Shown: positions 27,413-37,080 of the stretch, in pieces
How the letters are laid out: every line of letters begins with the position of its first letter
How positions within the stretch are numbered: position 1 is the stretch's first letter
Source: Patescibacteria group bacterium
Lineage (GTDB): Bacteria > Patescibacteriota > Minisyncoccia > Minisyncoccales > JANBVM01
Length of the DNA: 64,000 bases
Assembly (NCBI GenBank): GCA_024238995.1
Contig: JANBVL010000002.1
Location: forward strand, 14,414-78,413
Reading direction: 5' to 3'
The notes under the pieces: generated by a model
What the model saw: the letters and a program-made list of their open reading frames with translations, nothing else
Told to the model about the DNA's origin: nothing
Database searches by the model: none
Position numbers and translations under genes: made by a program

Positions 27413-27865
27413 TTACACTCTCCTTGGTTTTTTGGGCCTGCAGCCATTATGAGGAACTGGGGTAATATCTTTTATAGAAAGTATTTCGAATTCTCTTCCA
27501 GCTAAACTCCTGATAGCTGATTCTCTGCCAGAACCTACGCCTTTTACAAAGACTCTTATTTTATTTATTTTAAACTTTATTATTGCTTGAACCATTGCTC
27601 CAGCTACTTTTGAAGCAGCAAAAGGTGTGCCTTTTTTTGTTCCTTTAAACCCAATCCTTCCTGCTGATGTCCAATAAAGAACGTTTCCTGAAGGTTCAGT
27701 CAAAGTTAAAATAGTATTATTGTAAGATGAAAAAACACAAAGCCTAGCTTCTCTGATTCTTTGAGCAGTTTTTATTTGAACGTCTTTTCTTACCGCTGCT
27801 TCTACCTTATCACTTTCTTTTAAAAGCTCTTCTTTTGTTTTTTTGATTACTCGTTTCTTGCCCAT
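27413..27865 (-). CDS. rpsK: 30S ribosomal protein S11
   Basis: TPFAASKVAGAMVQ... motif. Confidence 0.9.
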   Translation of the reverse strand: MGKKRVIKKTKEELLKESDKVEAAVRKDVQIKTAQRIREARLCVFSSYNNTILTLTEPSGNVLYWTSAGRIGFKGTKKGTPFAASKVAGAMVQAIIKFKINKIRVFVKGVGSGRESAIRSLAGREFEILSIKDITPVPHNGCRPKKPRRV

Positions 27866-27879
27866 GAGTTTATAAATAA

Positions 27880-28269
27880 TTACTTAGGTGTTGGAGCTAC
27901 TTTTCTTCCAGAACCCACTGTTTTTCTAACATTTCCTCTGACTGTTCTTGTATTTGTTCTTGTTCTCTGACCCCTTACTGGCAATCCTCTGATGTGCCTT
28001 AATCCTCTCCAAGAACCAATTTCTTTTAATCTTTTAATGTTAATCATTATTTCCCTTCTTTTTTCTCCCTCAACTTTATAATCTTTTTCAATTATCTGTT
28101 TTAATCGGTTGATTTCATCAGAATTAAGCTCTTTTGCCTGAACAGAAGCACCAATACCAGCTTCTATTAAAATCTTCTTACTTAAAGAAAGCCCTATTCC
28201 GTAAATATAGGTTAAAGCAATCACTATTCTTTTTTGTTCTGGTATATTTATTCCTGCAATTCTTGGCAT
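27880..28269 (-). CDS. rpsM: 30S ribosomal protein S13
   Basis: MPRIAGINIP...GIG N-terminus. Confidence 0.9.
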   Translation of the reverse strand: MPRIAGINIPEQKRIVIALTYIYGIGLSLSKKILIEAGIGASVQAKELNSDEINRLKQIIEKDYKVEGEKRREIMINIKRLKEIGSWRGLRHIRGLPVRGQRTRTNTRTVRGNVRKTVGSGRKVAPTPK

Positions 28270-28274
28270 AATAA

Positions 28275-28391
28275 TTATCCTTGGCGTTGTTTATGTTTTG
28301 GATTTTTTTTACAAGTAACATAAATTCGGCCTCTTCTTTTAACTGTTTTACAATTCTTACAAATTTTTTTCACTGATGATCTTACTTTCAT
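28275..28391 (-). CDS. rpmJ: 50S ribosomal protein L36 (38 aa; not in the ORF track)
   Basis: Minus-strand translation [38 protein letters not shown] is a near-canonical L36, located between infA and rpsM. Confidence 0.85.
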   Translation of the reverse strand: MKVRSSVKKICKNCKTVKRRGRIYVTCKKNPKHKQRQG

Positions 28392-28474
28392 TTAGTTTTT
28401 ATTAATAATTTATTTAAATGACAAACATTCTCGAATTTTCATTCGAGAAGATTCTTAGTTTCTTTTTTATTTCA

Positions 28475-28693
28475 TTATCTGTTTCTATAAACAATTCTCC
28501 CTCTTTTATCGTCATAAGGGCTCATTTCCACAGTCACTTTATCTCCAGGAAGAATTCTGATTCTATACATTCTCATCTTGCCTGCTAAATGACCTAAAAT
28601 CTCTCTGCCATCTTCCAGCCTTATCTTGAAACTAGCGCTTGGAAGCGCTTCTAAAACAATCCCTCCAAATTTTTTTACTTTATTTTTTTCCAC
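28475..28693 (-). CDS. infA: translation initiation factor IF-1
   Basis: S1-like OB fold ([31 protein letters not shown]...). Confidence 0.9.
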   Translation of the reverse strand: MEKNKVKKFGGIVLEALPSASFKIRLEDGREILGHLAGKMRMYRIRILPGDKVTVEMSPYDDKRGRIVYRNR

Positions 28694-28746
28694 TTATGAT
28701 TGATTACTTTACCAAATACTTATGCTTTGGTCAACTCTAAAATACC

Positions 28747-30045
28747 TTAAATTGCACTATTAGTAAAGCTATATTCAATATTAATCTTTTCATTCTCTTT
28801 GGGTACATTTTTAACCCAAAAAGGCCAAAATCCAACTTCAACCTTGCTAATTTCAGGTTGGCTTTCTAAAAACAGTTTTGTACCATCCAAGGACTTACCT
28901 ATTAGTTCTTTTTTTAAAGCGTTTAGATTAAGGTCTTGATATACTTCGCCAAAGATATCTAATGAAACACTTACTTTACCTAAATCAAAATCAATAGTTT
29001 CAACAGTATAATCTATTGTTAAACTTTCCTCATGTAATAAATCATGATCAGAAGCCTTTGATAATATAGTCTGTTTAACATAATTTTTAATGTCTTGTTT
29101 CTCGAACAAGATAGTTTTACACTTGCTTTTCACTTTAAAATCAAACTTTTCTACTGCATATCCTGACTTTGTCAGAGAAAACTTTTCCAGAATTTCAGTT
29201 TCTAAAATATCTTCTATAAAAATCTGGTTTTCTGGAATTTTACTCTTTAAATCTTTCTCGCAAGCACTCTTTGCTTTTTCAACTAAAGATTCTTCAGCTG
29301 TTTCCAAGTCTTTTTCTGTAACCTGTAAAGATTCTCCTCCACCTGTCATTGTTTGCAATGATTCACCATAAAACTTAGTATATCTTGGTGTTCCTCTAAA
29401 AACATAAATTGAAAAATGAGTTGGTTCAATATTATATTCTTCACTTGCCTCAGCAGCAATTACAGGAACATCAACATATCTGGCAATAAGCTTTCCATCT
29501 TTAAGTTCAGCACCAGGCACAATTATCTTGTCTTTTGATTTGAATAATTTTCCATCTGAAGATACAAATCTTGTTCCAGCAAGCCATGTTTCAGATTTAG
29601 CTGAATATTCATTATAAAGCCTTATTGCTCCTTCAGCTTTTTGTAGAATTTGCCCAGTAGAATAGAATTCTTCATAAAGAACTTTTTGGCTTTCAAAAAC
29701 TTGAGCTGGTATTGATTTATAAGTTAAATCAACTTCATCAGCTTGGATATCAAGAACAACCTTTGATTCAAAACTCATTTGTTCTGTTTCAGGCCAAATT
29801 GTAATCTCAGCTTTTGATATTTGAAAAGCAAGAAAAACAAGAGATATTAAAAAAACAAGTGCAAAAATCTGTCCTATCTTAAATTTTTTCTTTTTAACCT
29901 TTTTCTTGGTTATTAAAATCTCAGGCTCTTTATCTTTTTTTTCAAGTCCAATAATTTTCTCTCTAATCTTCTGTTTAACAGAAAGAGATTCTTTATCTTT
30001 TTTAAATTTTCCCGGAGGTATGATATCAAATATTTTTTTAGACAT
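28747..30045 (-). CDS. hypothetical membrane-anchored protein with a Lys-rich cytoplasmic N-terminus, one TM helix and a ~350-aa extracytoplasmic domain
   Basis: 432-aa ORF co-directional with and downstream of the FTR1 permease gene. No recognisable motifs. Confidence 0.45.
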   Translation of the reverse strand: MSKKIFDIIPPGKFKKDKESLSVKQKIREKIIGLEKKDKEPEILITKKKVKKKKFKIGQIFALVFLISLVFLAFQISKAEITIWPETEQMSFESKVVLDIQADEVDLTYKSIPAQVFESQKVLYEEFYSTGQILQKAEGAIRLYNEYSAKSETWLAGTRFVSSDGKLFKSKDKIIVPGAELKDGKLIARYVDVPVIAAEASEEYNIEPTHFSIYVFRGTPRYTKFYGESLQTMTGGGESLQVTEKDLETAEESLVEKAKSACEKDLKSKIPENQIFIEDILETEILEKFSLTKSGYAVEKFDFKVKSKCKTILFEKQDIKNYVKQTILSKASDHDLLHEESLTIDYTVETIDFDLGKVSVSLDIFGEVYQDLNLNALKKELIGKSLDGTKLFLESQPEISKVEVGFWPFWVKNVPKENEKINIEYSFTNSAI

Positions 30046-30060
30046 TAGATTATTATATAA

Positions 30061-30085
30061 AAATCTTTGCTTTTTGCAAAGATTT
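30061..30085. other. Perfect 10-bp hairpin (aaatctttgc-ttttt-gcaaagattt) in the intergenic region upstream of the 28747..30045 gene
   Basis: Direct reading. May be an attenuator or terminator between the two co-directional genes. Confidence 0.3.
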
Positions 30086-30195
30086 CAATCTTTCAGATTG
30101 TAAACTTTCATTTTTAAAAAGATAAGCCAATTAAAAAAACCGCCTGATTGTCCTGAATATAGCTGAAGGATTAGACGATTTTTGTTTTTTCAAAA

Positions 30196-30624
30196 TTAAC
30201 CACTTCTTTCCCGTTTCCTTATATCTTCTTTAATGATACCCCAATGATAAAGATATAAAGGCAGGCCGACTAAAATACTTGCTAGACTTGAAGAAGCATT
30301 TCTTTGTCTTTGAATTTCAACATAATTAACCTTTGATGAATCTTCTTTCCACACTTTATAATCTGCCAGCCACTCTTTAACAAGCGCTCTTTCTTCTTCA
30401 GTTAAAGATTCGTTATTCTCAAGACCCTCAACTTTTTCAACTGAATAAAACGTAGTTGGCTGACGAAAGTTTAACTTTTCCTGTTCTTCAGCTTTTGTGA
30501 AAATAAAAGCTTTAAGTCCCATATCAATAAAACGAACTGCTCCACTGATTAAAAAAGCTAACCCAACTAAAGCGAAAATATATAAATAAATTGTACGAAT
30601 AATAGAATTGCCTTTTTTAGTCAT
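30196..30624 (-). CDS. hypothetical small membrane protein (2 predicted TM helices)
   Basis: 142-aa ORF between the FTR1 gene and the 432-aa membrane protein. No recognisable motifs. Confidence 0.4.
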   Translation of the reverse strand: MTKKGNSIIRTIYLYIFALVGLAFLISGAVRFIDMGLKAFIFTKAEEQEKLNFRQPTTFYSVEKVEGLENNESLTEEERALVKEWLADYKVWKEDSSKVNYVEIQRQRNASSSLASILVGLPLYLYHWGIIKEDIRKRERSG

Positions 30625-30796
30625 AATATTTTATTATATTTTTTATTTAAATTAATAAAAATCCCATTTACTTTTCTCGCATATTCTATTTTACCAAAAA
30701 AATCGCCTGTTAGGCAGTTTCTTGTTTGAATTTTTCAACTCCTCGCGCTGAACAACGTTAAAACCTGTCTACGAGAGGCAATTATCAATTAAATAT

Positions 30797-31627
30797 TTAA
30801 AGCTTCGAATTAAGCTCTTTATTTTCAGAGCGAGAAAATTTTTCAATATTCCTATAAATTCCAAAAACTGATATCAAATATACTGACCAGCCTGTCACTT
30901 CTAAAAGTGAAGGGTTGCCATTATAGCCAAAAAGAGCTTTAAGAATAGTACCCAAACCACCCTTTTCATCGATAAGCCAGTTTATATCCCAGACATGCTC
31001 TATAGCTATGGGGATTATTCCTGCTTCTTGAAACTCATGAATTCCATAAGCAAGTAGTCCAGCAGCAAAAAATATAAGGATGATGCTGGTAACCTTAAAG
31101 AACATTCCAATTCTTAATTTAGTGGTTCCCCAGAATAATAACCAACTAACTATCAAAGCCACTCCAACTCCTAATAAAGGTCCAAAAATACTAGTTCCTT
31201 CTAACCGACTAGCTGCTCCTAAAAATATTACTGTTTCTATTCCTTCTCTTAAAACCGCGAAAAAAACCAAAGCCATTAAACCAAGAGCATGTTTCTCGCT
31301 TATTTCCCTGGATACCTGTTCTTCTAAATGTTGAGCGACATATTTGCCCTGCTTCATCATCCAGAGAATCATCGTAGTTAAAAGTCCGGCAGCCACAAAC
31401 ATAAGAATTCCCTCAAAAATTTCTTCAGTTCTTCCGCTTAGACCCCCAAACAATGCTGTAAATATTATTGCTCCAGCTATAGAAGCTAAAATGCCGAATA
31501 AGACTCCCCACCAAACAAATTTTTTATAGTTAGGCTGTTTTATTCTCACCAAATAAGCTAAAACAATCCCTACTACTAAAGCAGCCTCCAGAGTTTCTCT
31601 AAATGTAATTAAAAATCCTGCTATCAT
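30797..31627 (-). CDS. FTR1/EfeU-family high-affinity iron permease
   Basis: Two REXXE motifs in TM helices (FRETLEAALVV and LREGIETVIFL). The 276-aa polytopic protein matches the FTR1 architecture. Confidence 0.7.
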   Translation of the reverse strand: MIAGFLITFRETLEAALVVGIVLAYLVRIKQPNYKKFVWWGVLFGILASIAGAIIFTALFGGLSGRTEEIFEGILMFVAAGLLTTMILWMMKQGKYVAQHLEEQVSREISEKHALGLMALVFFAVLREGIETVIFLGAASRLEGTSIFGPLLGVGVALIVSWLLFWGTTKLRIGMFFKVTSIILIFFAAGLLAYGIHEFQEAGIIPIAIEHVWDINWLIDEKGGLGTILKALFGYNGNPSLLEVTGWSVYLISVFGIYRNIEKFSRSENKELNSKL

Positions 31628-31828
31628 ATTTTATTATATATTTAAATTTTTATTTATCTTTTTTAATCGACTGTTTGCTTAATTTATTAAACAAACGTAT
31701 ATGATTAGGAATTTACTTGACAATTAATCTCTCCCTTATTATATTTCATTCTTTACAAAATAACTACTTTGCCAAAAAACAGAATAAATTGACTCCAAAG
31801 AGACTGGACAAAGTTAGGACCTGTTTTC

Positions 31829-31853
31829 AATAAAAAAGAGATAAATTTATCTC
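31829..31853 (-). terminator. Rho-independent terminator after the 42-aa zinc-ribbon ORF (perfect 18-nt palindrome plus T-run in minus sense)
   Basis: agagataaatttatctct followed on the minus strand by tttttt. Confidence 0.5.
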
Positions 31854-31889
31854 TATAATTAATTTTGGAAATAAGTTTTTAATTTACTC

Positions 31890-32018
31890 TTAATCAAGAA
31901 CCCTAACTACTTTACATTTCGTACAATATTCTGCATTAAGATTCCATCGCCATTCCTTGTGTTTAGTTCTTTCTTTACATACTGGACAATCTTTCTCTGT
32001 TTCTTTATTGTTGGGCAT
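31890..32018 (-). CDS. 42-aa zinc-ribbon protein (CxxC...CxxC), not in the ORF track
   Basis: The minus-strand ORF translates to MPNNKETEKDCPVCKERTKHKEWRWNLNAEYCTKCKVVRVLD. A strong SD (GGAGGT) sits 10 nt upstream of the ATG, and the ORF has its own terminator downstream. Confidence 0.55.
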   Translation of the reverse strand: MPNNKETEKDCPVCKERTKHKEWRWNLNAEYCTKCKVVRVLD

Positions 32019-32127
32019 TTTAGTTCTGACCTCCTGTTCACTAAATTATCATATCTGAAAGCTGTGTCAATATCAAAAACCTGAACTTAATACTCGGGCT
32101 TTAAAACTCCGGTGGCAGGACTCGAAC

Positions 32128-33972
32128 TTATTCAATAACTGCCCTTATTCTTCTTATTCCAACACCAACAGATTTTTCTTTAATAATTTTAAAACTACCT
32201 AACTCTCCTGTTTTTTTAACATGAGGACCTGCACAAATTTCTTTTGAAAACTTATCAATAGAATAAACTGTAACTTTGTCAGGATATTTTTCTTTAAAAA
32301 ATGCTAAAGCGCCAGATTTAATTGCGTCAGAATAGTTCATTTCTTTTTTCTCAACTTTTGAATCTTCTTTGATTTTTTTATTCACCAACCCCTCAACTTC
32401 TTTAATCTCATTTTCAGTTAATTTTTTAGAATAAGAAAAATCAAACCTTAAACGCTCATGAGTAATATCAGAACCCATTTGTTTAACACTATCGCCTAAA
32501 ACATCTCTTAGGGCCTGATGAAGCAAGTGAGTAGCAGTGTGAAGCTTTGTAGCTTCATAACCAGCTTCTTTACCAATGCCGCCAAACTTTTTCTCTGCTC
32601 CAGCACGAGACACTTCTTGATGTTTTTCAAAAGCTTTCTTAAAGCCAGGCTTATCAACCTTTAATCCCTTTTCTCTAGAAAGCTCTTCAGTCAACTCCAA
32701 TGGAAAACCATATGTATCATATAAATGAAAGGCATCAATTCCAGAAACATCACCTTTTTCAGCCACTTTTTCAAATTGTTTTAACCCCTGATTTAAAGTT
32801 TTTCCAAATTTCTCTTCTTCGTCCTGAATAATTGTTAAAATATTTTTTTCTTCAGATTTTGTTTTAGTATAAACATCCTTGTAAGTTTCAATAACTTTTT
32901 CAGCTAAAGGAATTAAAAAGTTTTTAGGCATACTAATCAGCTTGCCAAACCTAATTGCTCTTCTTATTAGCCTTCTTAGAATATAACCTCTTTCTGTATT
33001 AGAAGGTATAACGTCTTCAGAAGCTAAAAAAACAGTGCCTCTAATATGGTCAGCAATAACTTCAAATGACTTTACATTATCTCTATACTCTTTGCCTCCG
33101 GACAGGTTTTTAATTTCATTTATAACGTCAATAAATAAATCTGTTTCAAAAGCATTGTCTTTTCCCTGGACAACTATTGTTGTTCTTTCTAGTCCTCCAC
33201 CAAAATCAACATTCTTTTGTTCTAATTGTTCAAATCCTTTTTCAGTTTTAACATATTCCATAAAAACACTATTTCCAATTTCAATGAATCTTCCACAGTC
33301 ACAATTGATATGGCAAACCTTGCCTTTATACTCAGAATTTTCATGCCTTTTTAGTTCAACACCTAAATCATAGAAAACCTCGCTGTCAGGCCCACCTAAC
33401 TCGCCTACTGGCATATTTTTAGGCATACCAGAACGAGACCACCAGTTTTTTGTTTCATCATAATAAAAAATCCTACCATCTTTTATTCCATTTTTTTCAG
33501 CGAAATCAACATCTTCTGCCTCTATATCAACTTGTTTAAATAACTTTTTCCATATTTCTACAGACTCAGAATCTTTATCAATCCCAATATCTTTATTGCC
33601 CCGAAAAACTGTAACATAAAGTTTTTCTGGATTAATCTTTAATTCTTTTATTAAAAACTCAAAGTACCAGCTTAACTGTTCTTTTTTAAAATAATCACCC
33701 AAAGACCAATTTCCAAGCATTTCAAAAAAAGTAGTATGACGATTATCACCTACTTCTTCAATGTCTTCTGCACGAAAACATTTCTGAGAATTTGTTAGTT
33801 TTGTTCCTTTAGGATGTTTCTTCCCCAGCAAATACGGAACAAGTGGCTGCATTCCAGAACCAATAAAAAGAGTTGTAGAATCTTCTGGAATTAAAGAAGC
33901 ACTTGGAATAATGACATGTCCCTTTGACTTAAAGAATTCCAAATATTTCTCTCTAATTTCTTTTGAGGTCAT
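32128..33972 (-). CDS. alaS: alanine--tRNA ligase, short form (614 aa) lacking the C-terminal C-Ala/oligomerisation domain
   Basis: N-terminal catalytic motifs (KYLEFFKSKGHVIIPSASLIP...FIGSGMQ, FFEMLGNWSLGDYFK). The editing-domain HxxxH (HTATHLLHQAL) and CAGPHV motifs are present. The ORF ends soon after the editing domain. Confidence 0.85.
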   Translation of the reverse strand: MTSKEIREKYLEFFKSKGHVIIPSASLIPEDSTTLFIGSGMQPLVPYLLGKKHPKGTKLTNSQKCFRAEDIEEVGDNRHTTFFEMLGNWSLGDYFKKEQLSWYFEFLIKELKINPEKLYVTVFRGNKDIGIDKDSESVEIWKKLFKQVDIEAEDVDFAEKNGIKDGRIFYYDETKNWWSRSGMPKNMPVGELGGPDSEVFYDLGVELKRHENSEYKGKVCHINCDCGRFIEIGNSVFMEYVKTEKGFEQLEQKNVDFGGGLERTTIVVQGKDNAFETDLFIDVINEIKNLSGGKEYRDNVKSFEVIADHIRGTVFLASEDVIPSNTERGYILRRLIRRAIRFGKLISMPKNFLIPLAEKVIETYKDVYTKTKSEEKNILTIIQDEEEKFGKTLNQGLKQFEKVAEKGDVSGIDAFHLYDTYGFPLELTEELSREKGLKVDKPGFKKAFEKHQEVSRAGAEKKFGGIGKEAGYEATKLHTATHLLHQALRDVLGDSVKQMGSDITHERLRFDFSYSKKLTENEIKEVEGLVNKKIKEDSKVEKKEMNYSDAIKSGALAFFKEKYPDKVTVYSIDKFSKEICAGPHVKKTGELGSFKIIKEKSVGVGIRRIRAVIE

Positions 33973-33974
33973 GT

Positions 33975-34484
33975 TTAAGTATATCTGTCTGCTACTGTTG
34001 AAGCCGCATAAGCTTCAGGCTTAATTTTTGCTTCAAAACCATTGCCTTTAATAAGTCCAACAACCTCTTTAATCATGTTTTTAGTATCGCCATTTTCTCC
34101 AATATCAGCATGGATATATCGGAATTGGTAATTATAATCTTTTTTAAGTTCTTGAATTTTCGCATTAAGCGCATCTTTAAGTTCCAAAGAGAGTTCACAA
34201 GATATTAAAACTTCTTCTAAAATCCTTTCTTTTAAAGAATAAAACTTTCTGTCACCATATCTAATTTTTTTCAAAAATATTCTTCCCCCTTCTCCAACTC
34301 TTAAAACAACAATTGCAACTGGAAATTGAGGATGTTCTTGAGAAGAAGAGTCGCAACCAACAATAATATCATAAAAACATTCTGGCTTTTTATCTATATA
34401 ATTAAAAATCTCATCAATCACTTGATTAAATTCTAAATTTCCAATGCTTGGATTATGAAAATGACCGTTAAGTATATTACTCAT
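33975..34484 (-). CDS. hypothetical protein, possibly DUF458/YkuK-like RNase H-fold
   Basis: The N-terminus reads FHNPSIGNLEFNQVIDEIFNYI...YDIIVGCDSSSQ...PVAIVVL. This resembles the YkuK family from memory. Not verified. Confidence 0.35.
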   Translation of the reverse strand: MSNILNGHFHNPSIGNLEFNQVIDEIFNYIDKKPECFYDIIVGCDSSSQEHPQFPVAIVVLRVGEGGRIFLKKIRYGDRKFYSLKERILEEVLISCELSLELKDALNAKIQELKKDYNYQFRYIHADIGENGDTKNMIKEVVGLIKGNGFEAKIKPEAYAASTVADRYT

Positions 34485-34501
34485 AAACTGTTTTAGTGCT
34501 T

Positions 34502-34527
34502 AAAAAAGGGGTTTTTACCCTTTTAAA
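34502..34527. terminator. Hairpin with flanking A/T runs (aaaaggg-gttttta-ccctttt) between tpiA and the DUF458-like gene
   Basis: Direct reading. Confidence 0.35.
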
Positions 34528-34596
34528 ATCATATTTTGAATAAGTTTGTCAGAACTTTGAAATATTGCGCATTATAGCAGAAATATATAAGAAAAA

Positions 34597-35277
34597 TCAA
34601 ATATTCTCAACAGCTTGAACTATGCTCGCAAACTCTTTTACTTGCAAAGATGCCCCTCCTAAAAGCACTCCATCAAACCCTGATTGGTTAATAAAGCCTT
34701 TAACATTTTTGGCGCTGACACTGCCCCCATATAAAATAATTGTTTTGGAATCTAAAGCCTTTTTAACCTTATTATTAAACGCCATAGCCTGCTTAAAGCT
34801 TGGTGTTTTGCCAGTGCCAATTGCCCAAACAGGCTCATAAGCTATTATCACATTTTGTTTTGAAACCCCTTTCAAGCAAGGCTTGATTTGGGAAATACTA
34901 TCAATGCATAAAATTGGTTTTAATCCTTGCTTGATGGCTGATTTAATTCTTTTGTTTATTAAACTGTTTGATTCACAGCCATATTTTCTTCTTTCAGAAT
35001 GGCCTAAAATAACATATTCACAACCTAAATCTTTGAGCATTTTTGGTGAGACTTCTCCAGTAAAAGCGCCTTTTTCCTGCCAACAACAGTTTTGAGCTCC
35101 AAGCTTTAATTCTTTTTTAAGCTTTGATAATTCCTCCAAATAAACAAAGGGGGGACAAAATACTACTGTAGTTTTTTTAATATTTTTTAATCCTTTTTTC
35201 ACTGAATTAAAAAGTTTTTTAGCTAAAGCTAGTGTTATAGGATTACATTTCCAATTTGCAACAACTAATTTTTTCAT
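34597..35277 (-). CDS. tpiA: triosephosphate isomerase
   Basis: VVANWKCN, ILGHSERR and AYEPVWAIGTG motifs. Confidence 0.9.
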   Translation of the reverse strand: MKKLVVANWKCNPITLALAKKLFNSVKKGLKNIKKTTVVFCPPFVYLEELSKLKKELKLGAQNCCWQEKGAFTGEVSPKMLKDLGCEYVILGHSERRKYGCESNSLINKRIKSAIKQGLKPILCIDSISQIKPCLKGVSKQNVIIAYEPVWAIGTGKTPSFKQAMAFNNKVKKALDSKTIILYGGSVSAKNVKGFINQSGFDGVLLGGASLQVKEFASIVQAVENI

Positions 35278-35278
35278 A

Positions 35279-36325
35279 TTATTTTTTCTTAAACTGAGCT
35301 CTTAAATACTGAGCTGCTTTTTCAGGCTCAATAATTGAAATCTCCATTCTGGTGCCAAGTTCAAAACCAGCAGGAATAGCGGTTTTAGGAAGCACTGTCC
35401 AGTGCCAGTGGTAATATGAATAATCTTTTCCATCACAAGGAGCAGTATGCAGATAGAAATTGTAAGAAGGGTCTGCTAAACCCCTGTAAAGCGCTTTCAT
35501 TACTTTGCTAAAAATCTCTGCTAAGAATTGTTTTTCTTCTCCATCGATTTTTTCAAAATATGAAAGATGTTTTTTAGGAGAAACAATAACCTGAAATGCA
35601 TGTTTAGAAGCAAAAGGACAAACTGCTAAAAAATATTTGTTCTCAGCAACGATTCTTTTTCTCACCTTTCTTTCCCAAGCATTCATTTCACAATAAATGC
35701 ATTTCTTGTTCTTTTTAAAATAATCTCCTGAATTAACAAGAGCCTTCTTTAAATCAACATCAATTAAAGGGGTAGTAATGATCTGGGAATGAGGATGAGG
35801 CTGGGAAGCACCAGCTTCAATGCCATGATTATGAAAAATTGAAATATAGTTTACAAACCTTTTTTTCATTAAATCCAAATATCTTTTTTGATAAACTTCA
35901 AAAACTTCTTTTATTTGAGAAACATTAAAATGAGGAAAATGTTTTTTATGATCTTTCATCAAAACAAGTTCGGCAAAACCAACGGCATTCATGGTTTTAT
36001 AAAACTTACCTTCTTTTCTTTCCTCTAATTTTGAATAAGGTAAAAGCACAGGATATTTATTGGGAATAACAATTGTTGTCCATTTTTTAGGAATCTCACC
36101 CATTTTAAACAGTGCTTCTTTTCCTTTGAAATAAGCTAGAACAGGACGCTCTTGTGTTCTTAAATCAAAAAAAGGGCAATCTTTTTTAGAAATATCAATT
36201 TTTATCCTTTTCTTTTTTTTAAAAAAACTTGGCCTTCTCGCTCTTCCTGTCGCAATAATAACCCAGTCTTTAGAAACTAAATCAAAACGAAGCTCTGATG
36301 GAAATTTAGGTTTTTTACCTTTCAT
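35279..36325 (-). CDS. GalT-family HIT nucleotidyltransferase (galactose-1-phosphate uridylyltransferase or ADP-glucose phosphorylase-like)
   Basis: GASQPHPHSQI histidine-triad motif (HPHxQ), 348 aa, two-half architecture. Confidence 0.55.
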   Translation of the reverse strand: MKGKKPKFPSELRFDLVSKDWVIIATGRARRPSFFKKKKRIKIDISKKDCPFFDLRTQERPVLAYFKGKEALFKMGEIPKKWTTIVIPNKYPVLLPYSKLEERKEGKFYKTMNAVGFAELVLMKDHKKHFPHFNVSQIKEVFEVYQKRYLDLMKKRFVNYISIFHNHGIEAGASQPHPHSQIITTPLIDVDLKKALVNSGDYFKKNKKCIYCEMNAWERKVRKRIVAENKYFLAVCPFASKHAFQVIVSPKKHLSYFEKIDGEEKQFLAEIFSKVMKALYRGLADPSYNFYLHTAPCDGKDYSYYHWHWTVLPKTAIPAGFELGTRMEISIIEPEKAAQYLRAQFKKK

Positions 36326-37064
36326 AAAAACCTTGAATCATGTTTAATCTTATCTTAAATAAATCAATTGCCATTTTAACCATGCTTTTAAACTTTACTG
36401 AGCTTCTTTTGTCATTAACCCAGTAAACCGGAATCTCTTTTATTTTGTATCCCATCTTTTTAGCAATCACTAATATTTCAGGATCAAAAGCAAATCTTGC
36501 AATCCTGGTTTTTAAAAAAATATCTTTTGCTGATTGCTCAGTAAACCCTTTAAAACCGCATTGAGTATCTGGAATACCCCAGAGCCCAGTTAAAATTTGG
36601 GCCATCAAATTAAAAACATTCCCTATCATTATTCTCCAGAAAGGCTGAGGTACGGCTAACTTAGAACCCTTAATATCGCGAGAACCTATTACTACCTCGT
36701 TTCCTTTTTCAAATTCTGGCCACATTTTCTCAACTTGATCAAGTGAGGTTGAATTATCGGCATCAGTAAAAAGTCTGTATTTTCCTCTGGCTGATAACAT
36801 GCCTTGCTTAACAACGTAACCTTTACCATTATTTTCTTTATTATCAATTAATCTTAAATTCTCGATTTGAGAACTTAAATCTTTTACAACTTGGGCAGTA
36901 TCATCTTTTGAACCATCATTCACAATTAAAATCTCCCAATCATATGATTGTTTTTTCAAATATTCATACATGTTAGGCAAAGTATCAGGAAGTTTCTTTG
37001 CCTCGTTATAAGCAGGGATAACAACTGAAAGATATACTTGAGACATATTCATACATTCTATCAC
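36315..37064 (-). CDS. family-2 glycosyltransferase (dolichyl/polyprenyl-phosphate hexosyltransferase-like)
   Basis: LSVVIPAYNEAKKL...ILIVNDGSKDDT...FTDADNS motifs (GT-A fold DxD). Confidence 0.75.
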   Translation of the reverse strand: MIECMNMSQVYLSVVIPAYNEAKKLPDTLPNMYEYLKKQSYDWEILIVNDGSKDDTAQVVKDLSSQIENLRLIDNKENNGKGYVVKQGMLSARGKYRLFTDADNSTSLDQVEKMWPEFEKGNEVVIGSRDIKGSKLAVPQPFWRIMIGNVFNLMAQILTGLWGIPDTQCGFKGFTEQSAKDIFLKTRIARFAFDPEILVIAKKMGYKIKEIPVYWVNDKRSSVKFKSMVKMAIDLFKIRLNMIQGFYER

Positions 37065-37080
37065 ATCTAAAAAAGAAATA

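Noticed and set aside
32107-32127. 21-nt sequence immediately after the alaS stop whose minus-sense reading (GUUCGAGUCCUGCCACCGGAG) looks like a tRNA T-loop plus 3' acceptor strand. It could be a tRNA remnant or integration scar.
   Set aside because: No matching 5' acceptor strand, D-arm or anticodon arm exists within 90 nt, so it cannot be a full tRNA. No integrase or direct repeat is nearby. Most simply it is part of the alaS terminator region (ggcag...ctgcc stem) with a chance resemblance.
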